Assembly (NCBI GenBank): GCA_964016885.1
Contig: OZ024742.1
Coordinates: 150,722,001 to 150,786,000, forward strand
Length of the DNA: 64,000 nucleotides
Reading direction: 5' to 3'
DNA from: Eledone cirrhosa
Lineage: Eukaryota
In this document: one piece after another, positions 1 to 13,803 of the stretch
Numbering within the stretch: the first letter of the stretch is position 1
How the letters are laid out: every line of letters starts with the position of its first letter
The notes under the pieces: generated by a model
What the model saw: the letters and a program-made list of their open reading frames with translations, nothing else
Database searches by the model: none
What the model was told of the DNA's origin: nothing
Position numbers and translations under genes: made by a program

Positions 1-597
1 GGTGGCCTCTCAATGCATCTTTCATTGGACCGAAGAGGTGGTAGTCTGATGGTGCCAAATCAGGTGAGTATGGTGGGTGCAGCAGAGTTGTCCACCCAAA
101 TGAGGTGAATTCCTCCTTTGTCCTGATGCTCGTGTGAGGTCTGACATTGTCAAGTTGAAGAAGATCTTTATTCGTCTCCAAATCGCGTCTTACTCGTCGA
201 ATTCTTACTTTTAGTCTTTTTATTGTCTCAATATAAGTGTCAGAGTTAATTATTTCTCCTCTTGGCAAGAAATCAATAAGAATGACTCTTTGGGTATCCC
301 AAAACATAGTCGCCATGATTTTTCCGGATGACTTTTAGCTTTTTGGAGACATCGAGTGACGCCATACCATCGACTCAGGTTTACCTTTAGAAACATTTGT
401 TCGCCTCTTGTGAATGTTAACAGGGGTTTCTCCTTCAACAACACATCTGCAAATCAACTCAATCACTCATACAAATCCGAAATACAAAATTCAAGAAGAT
501 GTGTGCTTTTACCTTTGTGCCAAATTTCAACTCATTCTATAAAAAGATGAACCAGCTCTGATATAAAAAAGGCATTACGTTTTGACTGACCCTCGTA
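1..597 (-). mobile_element. Internally deleted mariner (Tc1/mariner, D,D34D) transposon remnant, running off the window edge
   Basis: The - strand of 1-80 reads HPPYSPDLAPSDYHLFGPMKDALRGH (mariner YSPDLAPxD motif), with LDNVRPH (HDNARPH-like) upstream. TIR-like end TA|CGAGGGTCAGTCAAAACGTAATGCC at about 570-597. The N-terminal VEGETPVNIHKR is joined directly to the catalytic region, indicating a deletion. Confidence 0.9.
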
Positions 598-649
<52 letters not shown>

Positions 650-2444
650 GGGAGGTGTTCACAGTCTACTAGTCATTGTCGAGTGTCCATTTGTTTTTAA
701 GACAAAAGGACAAGATTTAAAGGCCATTCGATGCTATTTTTGTAGCTTAAATGATCCTGTAGAGATATATAAAGCTTTTATCAATAAAACCTGCTTGATT
801 CAACAAATGCGCACCAAAGTTAACATTTTTAAAACGAGATTGTTCTACTTGCCATTAATAGCAGCCAAATGTTCCAAGAATCATACCCTACCGTGTTGAA
901 TAAAGAAATGACATATCACTAGCGTAGCCTCATACTCACCTCATACTCAATAAATATTGGACGACCCCGGATGCAACGCATTTGACCATAAGTCTGCATT
1001 ATCATAGCTGATCTAGGTTTAAATGACAATTTACGATAGCTGTCATATATTTTTTCTGACTATACATTTTGTCAGTCCTCCACTTTTCCAACCTTCATGC
1101 AGTTATGTCACCGATCACTTGATTTAATTGACATAATGATATAAACCACTTATGGTACTACAGCCCGAGTTGAGTACTGAAAGATAAATTCGACTGTTAA
1201 TGCAAGGTATGAGAAATGTATAAAACAAGGTATGATCATTTCTAAGATGATAAGACACAGAAAATAAGTATTTTCCGTCAAACAAATATTGTTTTTATTG
1301 TTATTTTGCCCTAGGTCAGCCCTAATCAAATATACCTATGATCAAAAGCATTCCAGCTGTGTTGACACCGCCTAGTTTTCAGATATAGTGTAACTAGGAC
1401 TACATTTTCTAACGTGCTCTTCATTTTTTAAAGATTATGGGATATAATTTGAGAGAGAATTGGTTGCAATTTCTTGCAAATTAAGCGATCCCATAGAGCA
1501 GTGATATAAAATACTTCATCGGGGCGGGATAAGTAAATTTAACCCGCATTTGCATTTGAAACAACGCTAAATATCGTTGTTTTTATCTAACTGGGTTGGC
1601 TAGTGCAACGTGAAATAAAGTGACTTGCTGAAGCACACAATGCACCGCCAGAAATCGAAGCCACGACATTAAGATCGTGAGTTGAACAGCCTAACCACTA
1701 AACCACGCGCCTTCACACACGTACACACACGCGCACATACTTTCTCTCTCCCCCTCTCTTTCTTTCTTTATCTCTCTCTCTCACACACACACACAGATTC
1801 TCACAGATATAAAGATTCAGAAAAACACCAGCAACGCGAGAATATATATGCAGTCACCCAACTTGCTAGAGATAGAAACCAAATCAAAGGTAAGGAAAGG
1901 CAGAATGGATAAAACTTTCTACAATAAAGTATGCATAAAAGACAACTAGAATGCCTTTGATCATAGGTCAGTTTGATAAAGGCATAATAGGGGTTAATAA
2001 GGAACAACAATCAGAAAGACGTACATTCATTCATGCTACAGGGATATACTCAGATATATTCGGATATCCACGCATACATTCACATACGCACACATATTAT
2101 CACTAAGACAGCAAACACACTTGTAAAGACACTTGTACATACACATATAAATAATGTACGTATACAAGCGTATAAACATACATAAATATATACATACAAT
2201 ATCTTTCTCCTCTCTCACAATATTACGCAATATGACCCTTATGCACGAAATCGCATCGCCAATGGAGTGGCTGAAATGTAAATTTACTGCTTTTGTTCAT
2301 TCGTCCCACGTATTTCGTTTTTTTCTTTTTCGTGTGCAATATTACTCTTAATATATATTTATATATATGTGTGTGTGTGTATGCGTGCGTAAGTGTGAGT
2401 GTATGTATATATGGTAATTCTCTGTTAATAACTGCCTTCTCATT

Positions 2445-2520
<76 letters not shown>

Positions 2521-2525
<5 letters not shown>

Positions 2526-3400
2526 TTAAATGAGTTGATAATACAACCATATATATAAAAGAATATGGATTAACAATGATTTAAATTAAATCGTTTAATT
2601 GATTTACGATCGTTTCATTAAGATTACTAGGAATATTCCATTCCTATTATAATAAGCTCAGTAGAATCGATTGAATACAAATAATATTTACCTTTCAAGT
2701 CTATAAAATTATAGTTGAAGCGCAAAAAATATAAACAATTCAAATACTGTTTGGGAAATGTTAAAATGTTATGGAAGTCTAAAGACGCAACAAAATTTGT
2801 CAGAGATAAAAATATAACGTTCAGTAATTAAAGATATTACATTAACTGTTATACACAAACAGTACACATACTACTCTACTCACCAAATTAAAGTTATAGC
2901 TATACAACTAAAATATATAAGTTTAATGCAACCTACAAACCATTTTGATAATAATAATAATAATAATAATAATAAGCAATTAAGCAATCCCATAGTTTTA
3001 GATAATGATGGCAATATTGATTATATATACTGATTATTAAAACTAATATGACTCGTCGGCTGTCTAATACTAACAACAATTTATCTTACCATTCTAATAC
3101 AGAAAATAGACCTCTGAATACTTATGTTCCAGTAGCTAATTGTAATTGTAGGTTCCTAGATTTTTGTCTACTTAGAGGTTTGAGAATGTTGAATACAAAT
3201 GCGAGGTCTCAATATAAAATAAATCATATAATTACATAGATGCCACTGCTAATAACTTTAAAATTGGATTTTATGTGTATATACATTCTTTTAAGAACGA
3301 AAAATTTAAAAAAAATATTATTCTTTAGTTAAATTAGCCTGGAGTCTAGAAAGTGATAATATATGATACTCTATTAAATGGGATAATATTAATTAATTAT
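2521..3400 (+). mobile_element. Decayed Penelope-like element fragment (GIY-YIG endonuclease) between (TA)n tracts
   Basis: About 3135-3390 reads, with stops and frameshifts, NCNCRFLDFCLL..VEYKCEVS..YNYIDATANNFK..SLVKLAWSLESDNI*YSIKW, collinear with the PLE GIY-YIG at 26432-26884. A degenerate CTGAG..GAAACG motif lies on the - strand near 2600-2662. Confidence 0.7.
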
Positions 3401-3759
3401 ATATATATATATATAATAGATTAGAATTAAGCACACAATACCTAACATAGAAGGCTACTGGACTTTACATAGAGCACACACAGGCCCACTTTTGACCACT
3501 TTATCCATGTGTGAAACCGTATATCCGTCCATGCTTGTTTACATATTTGTGTGCATGCTTACACACAGGTGTCTAAGCGAATTTAAAGGGAAACGACTTT
3601 TTGCCTCTTTGGCCTGTCTTGACCTTAACTTTAACACTAACGAGTTTAAAATAAATAAATATTAAAACCACTTCAGGCCAGCATGGTATAGCAAGCCACA
3701 TGAGACACTGGAATAGTTCTTTTATTTTCCTCAGTCGAAGAGATACTAATCTCGAAATA

Positions 3760-4610
3760 TCAGGTCATGTGAATTCTCTCCAACTCACGAGGATGTTTGT
3801 TTGCTGATCTGAAATCGAATTCCAGCTTAACCGCAAAGTCCTCCCATGCCTTAACTTCGGATGCCTTTACTATCTCTGCTACGATTCTTCGTGCTTGGTT
3901 GTACCGCAAATGCAAGAAGGGGGACTTATTTCGAAGCCAAGCTTTGTAAGCCTTCTTCTTTACTCGGATGGCATATTTGACCTCTTGATTAAACCATGAG
4001 GTCCTTCTGCTATCCGGCGTCACACGAAGACTCTTTCGGCCGCAGCATTTAACAGCTGGAGAAAACTGTTGAGCTGAACAATCTCCACTCTGTCCCAACG
4101 TCCTCAGTTTGCTCAGTGATTTCTCTGAATTAGAATGCAATGGTATCTACATACCTGGTTCTGACTTCCTTATCCACCAACGCTTCCACGTTATCCTGTA
4201 GGGCGTCGTGCACATGCCAGTTTTGTGGGCTCCTTTGGCTTTAGGTAATCCCAAGTTGCAGATAACTAGATGGTGATCAGTTGACAGCTCAGCCCCTCTC
4301 TTAACACGAACACCCAACACAGAATCGAAGATATCAGAGACAATAACAAAACCAATTATTGATCTCTGTCCCTGATTCCCCTTATATATTTATGGATATC
4401 TCTGTGTTGGAAGAAGGTGCACATAATAGAGAGTCCATTGCTTGAACAGAAGTGTAATAAGGCCTCTCCATTAGTTTTTAGATCGGGATGGCCGTTCCTC
4501 CCAATCACTCCTTTCCATGTCAGGGGTCAGTGCCAAGTAGTGCATTGAAGTTTCCCATCAGGATATATCAGGCATAACTACATCTAGGACTCTGCCCCAG
4601 TGACCCTCTC
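3760..4610 (-). mobile_element. RTE-clade LINE fragment (APE endonuclease plus linker), pseudogenised
   Basis: - strand motifs GNFNA, GVIGRNG, NGEALLHFC, RVKRGAELSTDHHLV (APE) and TSWFNQEVKYAIRVKKKAYKAWL (RTE linker; ORF 3760-4140). Confidence 0.85.
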
Positions 4611-4919
4611 AGGAATCAGTAGGTAAAGAACAAGAGAAAATTTAAACAATTTAAACCTTCGAATAGTGCTAGTAAGCAATGAGAGACTAGGGGAGGTATT
4701 TAGTACCCCTTGCAATTTAGAAACAAAAGTAAATGTAGGAGAACAAATTTTCCGCTTTTTCTTTTGGTAAATTCCCTTTTTTCCGTTTTCACTTTTGATA
4801 AATTCCGTTCTTTTTTTTGTTTGTTTTTTTTTGTTTCCATTTTATTGTATTTCATGGGTAAACAAAATGGCGTAGGACAGAACAAAGGAGAGGCACAAAA
4901 ACAAAGAAAAGAATCCCCA

Positions 4920-4962
4920 GTCACTGAAGAGGTCACAGAATGTGTGACGAAAGAATTTTGAC
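4920..4962 (+). ncRNA. Minimal type I hammerhead-ribozyme-like motif (PLE type, degenerate helix III)
   Basis: GTCA-CTGAAGA-G-GTCACA(gaatg)TGTGAC-GAAA-GAATTT-TGAC: helix I GTCA/TGAC and a 6-bp helix II around the conserved core. Confidence 0.55.
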
Positions 4963-7323
4963 AATATATAAACAATCATCTGGTTGTGGAACCAACCAAC
5001 CAACCAGAAATTTATAAATTCCTAAATTTATAAATTTATTATAATAAATTGAAGTGAAAGCAACTTGTGCGTGTGTTTCTTATTGGCAACATGACCCTCC
5101 CAAAGTATAACAATATCGGTTTCAACACACGTTTTCAGATAAAGAATCTTGCTAAACAAATTCAGAAATGAAATATATATATATATATATGCGGTGCCCC
5201 AGCATGGCCTCAGCCGGATGACTGGAACAGGTAAAAGAGTATATATATATATATAAACGTTAATTGAAAAGGTTTGAAGTGTCGAGTGTATATAAATATT
5301 TGTAAAATTGGAGTATTCCCAGCACAAAGTGTAGCCATAAACAGCTGGATACTATATGTGTAGTAATAATTTTTTTTAAGGTTATATCTTAACATGAAAA
5401 AGAAAATTCTCTCTATATATATATACTATCGAGCTGTTTACGGCTACCATTTGCGCTGAGAATACTCCAATTTTATGAACATTCATATATATATATATCG
5501 ACAGTCGATCGACAAGATCCTAGGCCTCATTCGCTTAACAAGTGGGGTGGATCTCGTCAAATCGGACCGAGGAAACAATGTCTCCATTGGTATTTCCAAT
5601 TGCTAATATTATCTGTCGGTTGCAACTCCATGCAGAAGGAGCAATGTGAAATAAAGTGTCTTGCTCAAAGACATAACGCATTGCCCTGTCTAGGAATCGA
5701 AATCACAACCTCACGATTGCGAATCCAATTCTCCAACCACCCTCCCTCTTTTCTTATTTCTCAATCTCTTTTTTATTGATGTTCCACCATTTTACATTAA
5801 GTGTAGCCGTGTTTATAGATTACTGAAGCAATCGAACACTTACATAATCGTCGTGGCAACCGACGGAGAGTTCACCAGCCCTAAATATACTATCCGAAAA
5901 AATAATTGACAGGATAATGTTGTTTCGAATATCTATGATCAGAGATCGGTTTCATCAGGGTTAACTCCGATAGTAAACAACAGCAAAGCGACAACACTGA
6001 ATCTGTCTTTACACTTTTAGACATACCGAATTGATAAACCTTCCATCTCTCTAACTCTCTCCTTGTTTCATATAGACCAGTAACTCCTAATAGAGTCGTA
6101 GGGGTGACATTATGAAAAACGCCGTGTCTTGGGCATTTTAAACCTGGCGGGGCCTATCCACTCTTTAGATCTGAACACATCTGATTTCTTCAAGAGAATG
6201 AGACAGAAAGTGGGAGAGATGAAGTGAGAAAGAGTTAAAGAGGAAGAATCGAACCTAATAACGGACTGGTACTTTTTATCGACATCGGAAGGATAATAGG
6301 CAAAGTTGACATCGGCGGGATTTGAACTCAGTGGGGACAGAGAGCTAAAGAAATACCACAAATATTCTCTACGACGTTCTGATAACTCTGCTAGATCATC
6401 GCCATTGTTTCATATATACAGGCGCCTAAACACGTAAATCAATGAATCTAGACTTCAAGGCTGGTGGGTTAGCAGAATCATTAGAGCGTCTTAACAAAAA
6501 TATTTCACATTATATTTAGATATGGCCCCTTACATTCTCAAGTTGAAATAACATTGAGGTCAACTTTGCATTTCTTCTTTCTGGTTAGGGTCGATAAAAT
6601 AAAGTAATAGTGAAGTACGGTAGGCAATTTCATCGACTTTAATCTCTTTCCAACTTGTGGACTCAAGCCAATATTTTTAAAAATCAATAATTATTTATTT
6701 GGGGCAATGCATCAGTGAATGCTTTTTTCATAAGTTTATTTTTATTAGCTCTTACATTTCAGAGCGGTGGATTGGTAAATTCGTTTGAGCGTTAGACAAA
6801 TGCTTTGCGGTATTTATTCTCAAACGTTGATAAATCAAGTGAAGCGTTTTCGATCCACTGCTGGATAAAACCTCAGTAACTATGTTTATGTTGGTTTTAG
6901 GCATTCCTGTCCACGCTGACCAAGTACAGGCAAGGCAGGGTACAGAATTTGAACTCAGAACGCATGGAACCTGAACAAATAACGCAAAGCAATTCGTCCG
7001 ACGTTCTAATAATTACGCCAATCAACCACTCTGGATTAATACTTGATTTACCGACCTCGAAAGGATGAATGACAAAGTTAAACTCGGCGGTATTTAGACT
7101 CAGAGTTTTCCATATTGTGGTTAATTTCATATATTATGATCAATTTAGTATGCTATTCTGTCAATTTAACTTAATATACTGTGATCAATCAACCATAATG
7201 ATACGCCATGTCTTCGATTTCAAATTGCACAAATTCAATTAACAGAAACCGATTTCTTCTATAATCTCTCTCTCTCTCTCTCTGTATATATATATATATA
7301 TATATTATTATATTATATTATAT

Positions 7324-7382
<59 letters not shown>

Positions 7383-7385
<3 letters not shown>

Positions 7386-7690
7386 AATGTAACGTGCAGT
7401 TACTGTAGGTTCACCCAATTGAGCACTCGATGCGTAGTTACCCGTCTGTAACGAGGTGTAGAACTAAGCACAGTGTAAATATAATAATAAACGGGCGATT
7501 CGTTATGTCTTCATTACGTTTATTGAGTAGTGACGCGCGTTTCGCTATTGGCATTACCACAACAGAGGTCCGATGAGCTTTTGATTCCAGAGTCGGGCCA
7601 GATGGATACAGATCGAACCTTGAGCTGATCAATAGCGAAACGCACGTCACTACACAATAAACGTAATGAAGACATAACAAATCGTTCTTA
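7383..7690. mobile_element. (TA)n-embedded fold-back PLE terminal fragment with a decayed hammerhead
   Basis: About 57-bp inverted arms at 7495-7550 and 7630-7685. CCGATGA-GCT..AGC-GAAAC-GCAC-GTC at 7566-7650. (TA)n on both sides. Confidence 0.7.
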
Positions 7691-8379
7691 TATATATATA
7701 TATATAATTAACGGATTACTACTATTATCGATTTCCATTAGTTGAATTTGTGTAACTTGAAATCGACGACTGTGTTAACATACAGTGGTTTTTTACATAA
7801 AATATGAATCGCTTTTTATAGTTTTTCAGTAGTGATCAGCATTGTCAGACTCTGAAAAGCTGATATGTAAGACTATTGAAGCAGCGTACTGGAATTCGAA
7901 TTGTCCGAAAACATACATCGGATTAACAACACTAGATGTGCTCAGTTACATATTAACGAAACACGTGTCAATTATATAATAAATATTAATCCTTCAATAG
8001 CGAAACTTCATTTCTTATCTTAGTCATGTCGCTACAATAAGAATTTTGCTTTCCAATCCCAGTGTCTTGGATTCTAACCCTACATTTCTCCCTCTAAATA
8101 CGTTTTTTCTCCAAAGTTACTCATACATATGTCATATACTGAACATTTATGTAGTTATATCCTAGAAATAAATAATTAAAATAATTTCCATCTGTCAGTA
8201 ATCAACATACACTATATGGTTTCTCTTAAGCAAACCATTAATACATCAAAACGCAAATTTTCCAGTTAGTATGTTTGTTCATATACCCTGTAAACCTCGA
8301 CTACATGGTATATATGGCATGCAAATACTAGACTCCAAAAATTAGATATGTCCAACGCTATTGCCGTCATTATCCACTG

Positions 8380-8700
8380 GTCTAATATTATATAGTCAAT
8401 TTCATTTAATATACTATAGTCAAATTAATATGATGTAGTCAATTTGATGCAATGTGTCGTGGTCAATTTAATATTATCTGGTCAATATAATACGATGTTC
8501 TGTGGTCAATTAACTACAATATACCGTTAGCAATTTAATATAGATCGTCGTCAACATAATATACTATAGCCAATACACGATATTGTGGTTGATTTATTAC
8601 AATATACTGTGATCAATTAAAGATAGTACATTGTGGCCAATTTCATATACAATGGAGAGTTTATTATATCATAATGTGGTCAATTGAATATGATATACCC
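8380..8700. repeat. Degenerate minisatellite, unit about 22-24 bp (gtggtcaatttaatatactat-like)
   Basis: Recurrent (g)tcaat core at roughly regular spacing. Related units occur at about 7115-7190. Confidence 0.7.
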
Positions 8701-9144
8701 TGAGACCAAGCCGATAAATTGACAGTCGATGAAGCGTTGGATTAAAAACACCACGGTATTTTCTTCAGCTCAGTACGATCTGAGTTCAAAACTCACGGAG
8801 GTCAAAATTGTCTTTCATCCTTTCGAGGTCGGTAAATAAAATACCAGTCCAGTATTGGGATCTATTCTTACTCTACTTCTATTTACCCCCCCCCCCCCCC
8901 CACACACACACTCTTCTTTTTTTTTTTTTATCTTTGGAAGAAATCACCTGTCTTCTGACCTGGAGATGGATTAGCTCCACCAAGACACGCCCGACGCAGG
9001 TGAAATGAGCTCGATCAGAGCATAATAGTTGGTTTTTCTCTACACTTATCATTTATGTTGTGTTGTACACCCCAGCATAGTGACTGAGGCTACTGGGGTT
9101 CTTGGTGGAGCAGCTATTTTCAGTATACATGTGTATAATGTGTG

Positions 9145-9263
<119 letters not shown>

Positions 9264-9789
9264 CGAACAGATGTATAGCCGGGTGATAAAGAGGTTAACT
9301 TTGCGATCATAAAGTACTGGGTTCGGTGCCATGGTTTCCATCCTGATATCGACCCAAGTCTTGTGAGTAAACTAGGATTGACGGAGACTGTATGGATGAC
9401 AGTCGGACTAAGGCTAACTGTAATTCAAAAATGCAACCATGACACATAGTGTCACACTGGTCCAACGTGAAAATTACATGTTAATTCAGTGAGTGGTAGT
9501 TCAATTAATCAAATAATTCAATGCCCAGAAATCGTTCTGGACGAGGGAGTGCATCATGTTATGGTGGAGTTTCGCCTGTTTAACACAGGGTCATCAGACA
9601 AGAACTAACGTTTCAATAGCAGACACTGTATAAACAAAAGATGATTCGATGTGTGTGTGGGGGGGGGGGGGGGTAATTCAGGAGGAGTAATGGCTTATCT
9701 TTCATTTTGAAAATTTAGTAGCTGATATCTTGATTTACACAGTTACGTGTTAGTGAACAAAACACTTTATTTCAGCTACTAATGTGCTG

Positions 9790-10140
9790 TGGTAAATAAA
9801 TATATACATATACACCAGGTCCGAACACAATGGAACTCCCACTGTCACTGCTTCCGTCTCTGCCTCTCTCCCCATCTCTCACTATTAAAAGCAAATGGAG
9901 GACCACGCGCTGGCCGCCCCACGACCCCGGCAGAGAGAATAGAAGAGGTGTTTCCTTGGAGGAGGATGAATGAGGCGCACTGGAAGAGCTATTCCAGCTC
10001 GTGAAGCTCACACTTGCGGGTAGCCAACTCCATGCATGATGGTGGTGAGTAGGGAGGTGGTCCTATGGTCAATGACCCAGAGGTCTCCGTTGCTACGGGC
10101 TCGACCGCAAACCTGTCGGAGAGCGACCGATATTTGGAGA
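9790..10140 (-). mobile_element. CRE-like (restriction-like endonuclease) non-LTR retrotransposon 3' fragment
   Basis: - strand reads YRSLSDRFAVEPVATETSG..LATRKCELHELE*LFQCASFILLQGNTSSIL, resembling the PxAxETxG..FQRISxAIxRGNA C-terminus of CRE elements. A paralogous fragment lies at 21340-21600. Confidence 0.65.
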
Positions 10141-10629
10141 AGGAATTAAGATAAGGTTAAAGGGGTGTCAATAGGCGGGAGGATGGTGGGTTAAAGCTGT
10201 GTGAGAAGATGACAATGGACATAGCCATAAATATTTAACTGGTCAGTGGAAGGCAGATGATGGATGTGAAGGTGGGTGTTTAGAGGGTAGTGAAAAGGGG
10301 GAAAAAGTTAGTGGGAATGGCAGGATGAAGTGGTAAAAAGAATATCTATACAATTACATATGTATGCACAAATACATGAATATACATACATATAAAAGAA
10401 TATACGCATATATACACACTAAACACACATACGAAGGCGCTTACATATATATTAATAAATATGTATGTACACACAAACATACATATACATATAAAAAAAC
10501 GTACAAGCAAATATATTTAAAAAATATAAATATATATAAACACTTACGTGTACAAGATATGTATACGCACATATAAACCTAGACATATATATATGTGTGT
10601 GTGTGTGTGTGGTGTGTGTGTATGTGTAC

Positions 10630-10930
10630 AGGCGTATGGCTTAGTGGTTAGGCTTGCAATTGGGGGGGGGGGGTGAGTTCGATTCTCGGATCGGGTGATG
10701 CGTTGTGTCCTTAAACAAGACATTTTATTTTTCACGTTACTTTACTCCAGTTTTCTCAGCTGTAGAAATGAGTTGATGTCAAAGTGTTTCGGTCATTGCC
10801 TTTTCCTTGGATAACATCGGTGGCATGGAGAGGGGTGGTGGCATGCTTGGGTGACTGTTGTTTTCCGCAAATAACCTCTATCGGACTGTGGCTCGGAAGA
10901 GAGTTTTCCAGGTATAAATCCCAAGGTCAT
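10630..10930 (+). mobile_element. tRNA-derived SINE family B (representative copy; others at about 1560-1720, 5580-5740, 9280-9560, 18530-18820, 24260-24590, 33035-33380, 55750-56050)
   Basis: A box TGGCTTAGTGG, B box GAGTTCGATTC, and shared central GTGTCCTT(G)AGCAAGACA(C)TTTATTT..CTCCAGT..CTCAGCTG repeated across copies. Confidence 0.8.
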
Positions 10931-11157
10931 TTTTACTTTATATATACATATGCACAAGCACAGACACACACACATATGTACACATACATACACATATACA
11001 TATGAACGCCCATATTTACATACAAATATGTGTACATATGTATACAAATAAAAATACGTACACATATATCAATAAATACATACCTACACTAAAACATGCA
11101 TATACATAAAGCTATGGATATGAATATACAAATTTCAATACATGCATTCATATTCAC

Positions 11158-11317
11158 CAGCGGTTCCCACTCTGCAAAGGAGTGTCTGGGGTTCTGTGAA
11201 AAAAGGTAGAGGAGTATATTTATATTACGACCATATAACAATATTGGACTTTGGGGTTCCCCCAAAAGTTTCTGAACCAAAGAGGGTTCCGCGTTTGAAA
11301 AAATTTGGGAAACCCTG
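11158..11317. mobile_element. hAT-type MITE remnant
   Basis: Termini CAGCGGTTCCCA.. and ..TTTGGGAAACCCTG resemble the CAGGGGTTCCCAAA TIR of Charlie-like hAT MITEs. No clear TSD. Confidence 0.55.
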
Positions 11318-11649
11318 ATATATACGATGGACGGGTGGGTGTATGGATAGTGGTGGTGACAACGGTGGTGTTGATGTAGTGGGAATAAGTAAAGTATATA
11401 AAGCCATGTAGTTTAAAATTAAAGAACTAAGTACGATGAAGATTATGAAGATATCTAATGTTGGTTGAATGTGTGATAATGGTGATAGGGGAAGCTACGA
11501 TGGGTGAATGAGTAAGTGGTGGTAAGGTGGTGTTGGTGTTAAGTAAATATGGGTAATATACAAGATAAATGGATATGTACCGCTGAAAAACTAAATATCC
11601 TAACCTCATCAACTAACATCAACAACCCACGGGAGCAAACGCTATCCTG

Positions 11650-12335
11650 TTTACACACACAAATGTTCTAATATCTATTTCTAGTACAACTGTATGTTGT
11701 CTTGAAAGTTCCAGTTTCTTGTTTGTCTGGATGTGTGTGCCCTATAAAATGTTTACTTTTCATTCTCAGCGACTATTGATGGTTTATATTTACACCCCTT
11801 TAGTTTATTATAAGCGGTGTCTTACACAGTTGCTAGTGTATCACTGACACAATTTTGTTGTGAGTCCAACCTTTGTACTTTTTCCTCACCACTCTTTTAT
11901 ATTCTCATACTAAGTGGATTACAGTCACTTCTATTTCGCCACATAATCGATACAGTGGCCATATGTTGTTGTTCTCTGATCGCGTGTATTCATTCCTGTG
12001 GGCTATTCATGGGCAGCCATTATAGTATCTTCTGTTACTGTCTTCAATTTTCCTTCCCTTAACCAGTTTCAAGTTCGAGCACTTCTAAATCCGGTGTTCT
12101 CGAAGAAAATTCCATGCATTTTTTAATCCTTCAGTTTATTTTGTTTTTCGTTCTCGCTTTCCCTGATGCTTTCTTTTATCCAGCGTTTATCGTTTCTTCC
12201 TTTTCCCCAGCTTGCATCATTTTTACCTTATTTCTGATGCTTACTTATATAAACAGTGTTTCTCCATTACAACACCATCTTCTACTCTAATTAGACTTCT
12301 TCCACCATCATATCCTTTCATATAGAGTCTACCAA
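11650..12335 (-). mobile_element. R4/Dong-like (RLE) LINE 3' fragment, highly decayed
   Basis: - strand reads RLYMKGYDGGRSLIRVED (RLYLPRxxGGRGL), IMAAHE (IxAAQEQ), RLCGEIEVTVIHLV (CRxC..ETxxH Zn knuckle) and HNKIVSVIH*QLCK. Confidence 0.7.
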
Positions 12336-12349
12336 TACTACATTTTTAA

Positions 12350-12640
12350 GACGGTAGCATGTTATTCGAGAAATGTTTGGTTACTATTTCTGGCAAGTCG
12401 AGCACCAACGGAGAGGTTTCATCGTTGGACTAGTTGTTGTTGTTATTGCTTAACGCCAGGTCAGCCTTCAACGAGCAGACCTATGATCAAGGCATTCAAG
12501 TTATGACCATCCTGTCTTATTTTTATACGCAGGGAACCTAGGATTACAATGTTTAGCGTGTCCTTTTCTGACGTGGTAGTACGCGATTTAATGGGAATTT
12601 GACAGCTATTATTTGCAGATTCTAGTGGTGACCTTAGTGA
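12350..12640. repeat. Dispersed repeat family C (other copies at about 1290-1500, 5830-5990, 38870-39060, 49975-50150, 60640-60720)
   Basis: Shared motif GGTCAGCC..GAGCAGACCTATGATCAAAGGCATTCCA..GACCATCC..GATTTGGCTGCTATTT, often next to (GTT)n. Confidence 0.7.
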
Positions 12641-12862
12641 GGGCTGTTCTTCTGCACTTATCATTGATGGTGTGGTGTGTATTCTAGCACAGTATTTAGA
12701 GCTGATGATGTTGTTGATACAAGTGTATTTTCCAAGTGTATGTATATTTTGTTTGTCTAGACTCAAATGAGAGATAATATTGTTGTCAAGTACATAGGTC
12801 GATTTGACCGATACTTCTATACAGTGGAATTTGTGACTGCGTTAAAAAACATTATTTTTATC

Positions 12863-12918
<56 letters not shown>

Positions 12919-13803
12919 TTAGTAGTAGTACATGTAGTTTAAGCCAAATGATTGTCAGTCATTCAGTTTTTCAACCTCTCGTTGTATTCAAACAATCTGA
13001 GTTACTGTCTCCCTTTATCAAGATGCCCTCAATTTTCCATTTTCTGTGCTAAATCTAAATCTTTATCTTTAAACATTGATTATATTTGACTAAAAGCTTC
13101 GTATTATCTTTTAAAACGTATCCAGTATTTTACTGATACGTACTGCTTCAGAAATATACTCCAAAGAGACTAAACCTTTTTATATCAAACTGCCTGAAAC
13201 CCTTCTGGTTTTATGATATACAACTTCTCATGTTAAATTCTTCATGATTATATTAAAACCTTCTATCAAAATTTTATTTAAGAATCTTTTGTTAAGTAAG
13301 GTTTCAAACTCAAGCTTAATTAAACGAAAATAATAGTTATTTCATTAAATTCTTCAAAGATTCAAAATGAATTGATACACATTCTATTAAAACAAAAGGG
13401 TTAAAGCAAAGTTCCATTTTTGCAGAGATCTCAAAGGAATCAATGTTTTATATTAATATAAAACAAAATTAGATCACTTCACTTAGTAAAAAAATTGTAA
13501 GTTTTCCCAGGTGCGAGATTTCAAACAGTAAATATTTTCTCCTTCCTAACTGAACGGAGAGGAACAGACTCTGTTATGCTGCCACAATATAGTTTATATA
13601 ATCATTAATTCTAAGAAAATAGTCGAGTGACAAAAACTGTTTACTTGTCTGTTGAGGATAGTAAGCAAGCTGGCTGGTTGGCTGGCTGGTGTCGCATTAA
13701 CCTCGAAGTCAAAGTCACATTTGTTAAAAATGTTTTAACTCGTAACTGCATGTCGTATCGTACATGACACATGCTAATTTTTTATCATTAAATGTGTATC
13801 GAT

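Noticed and set aside
4710-4961. ORF with a hydrophobic stretch as the TNFR signal-peptide exon
   Set aside because: The hydrophobicity comes from T-runs, no convincing phase-0 donor was found, and the region ends in a PLE-type hammerhead.
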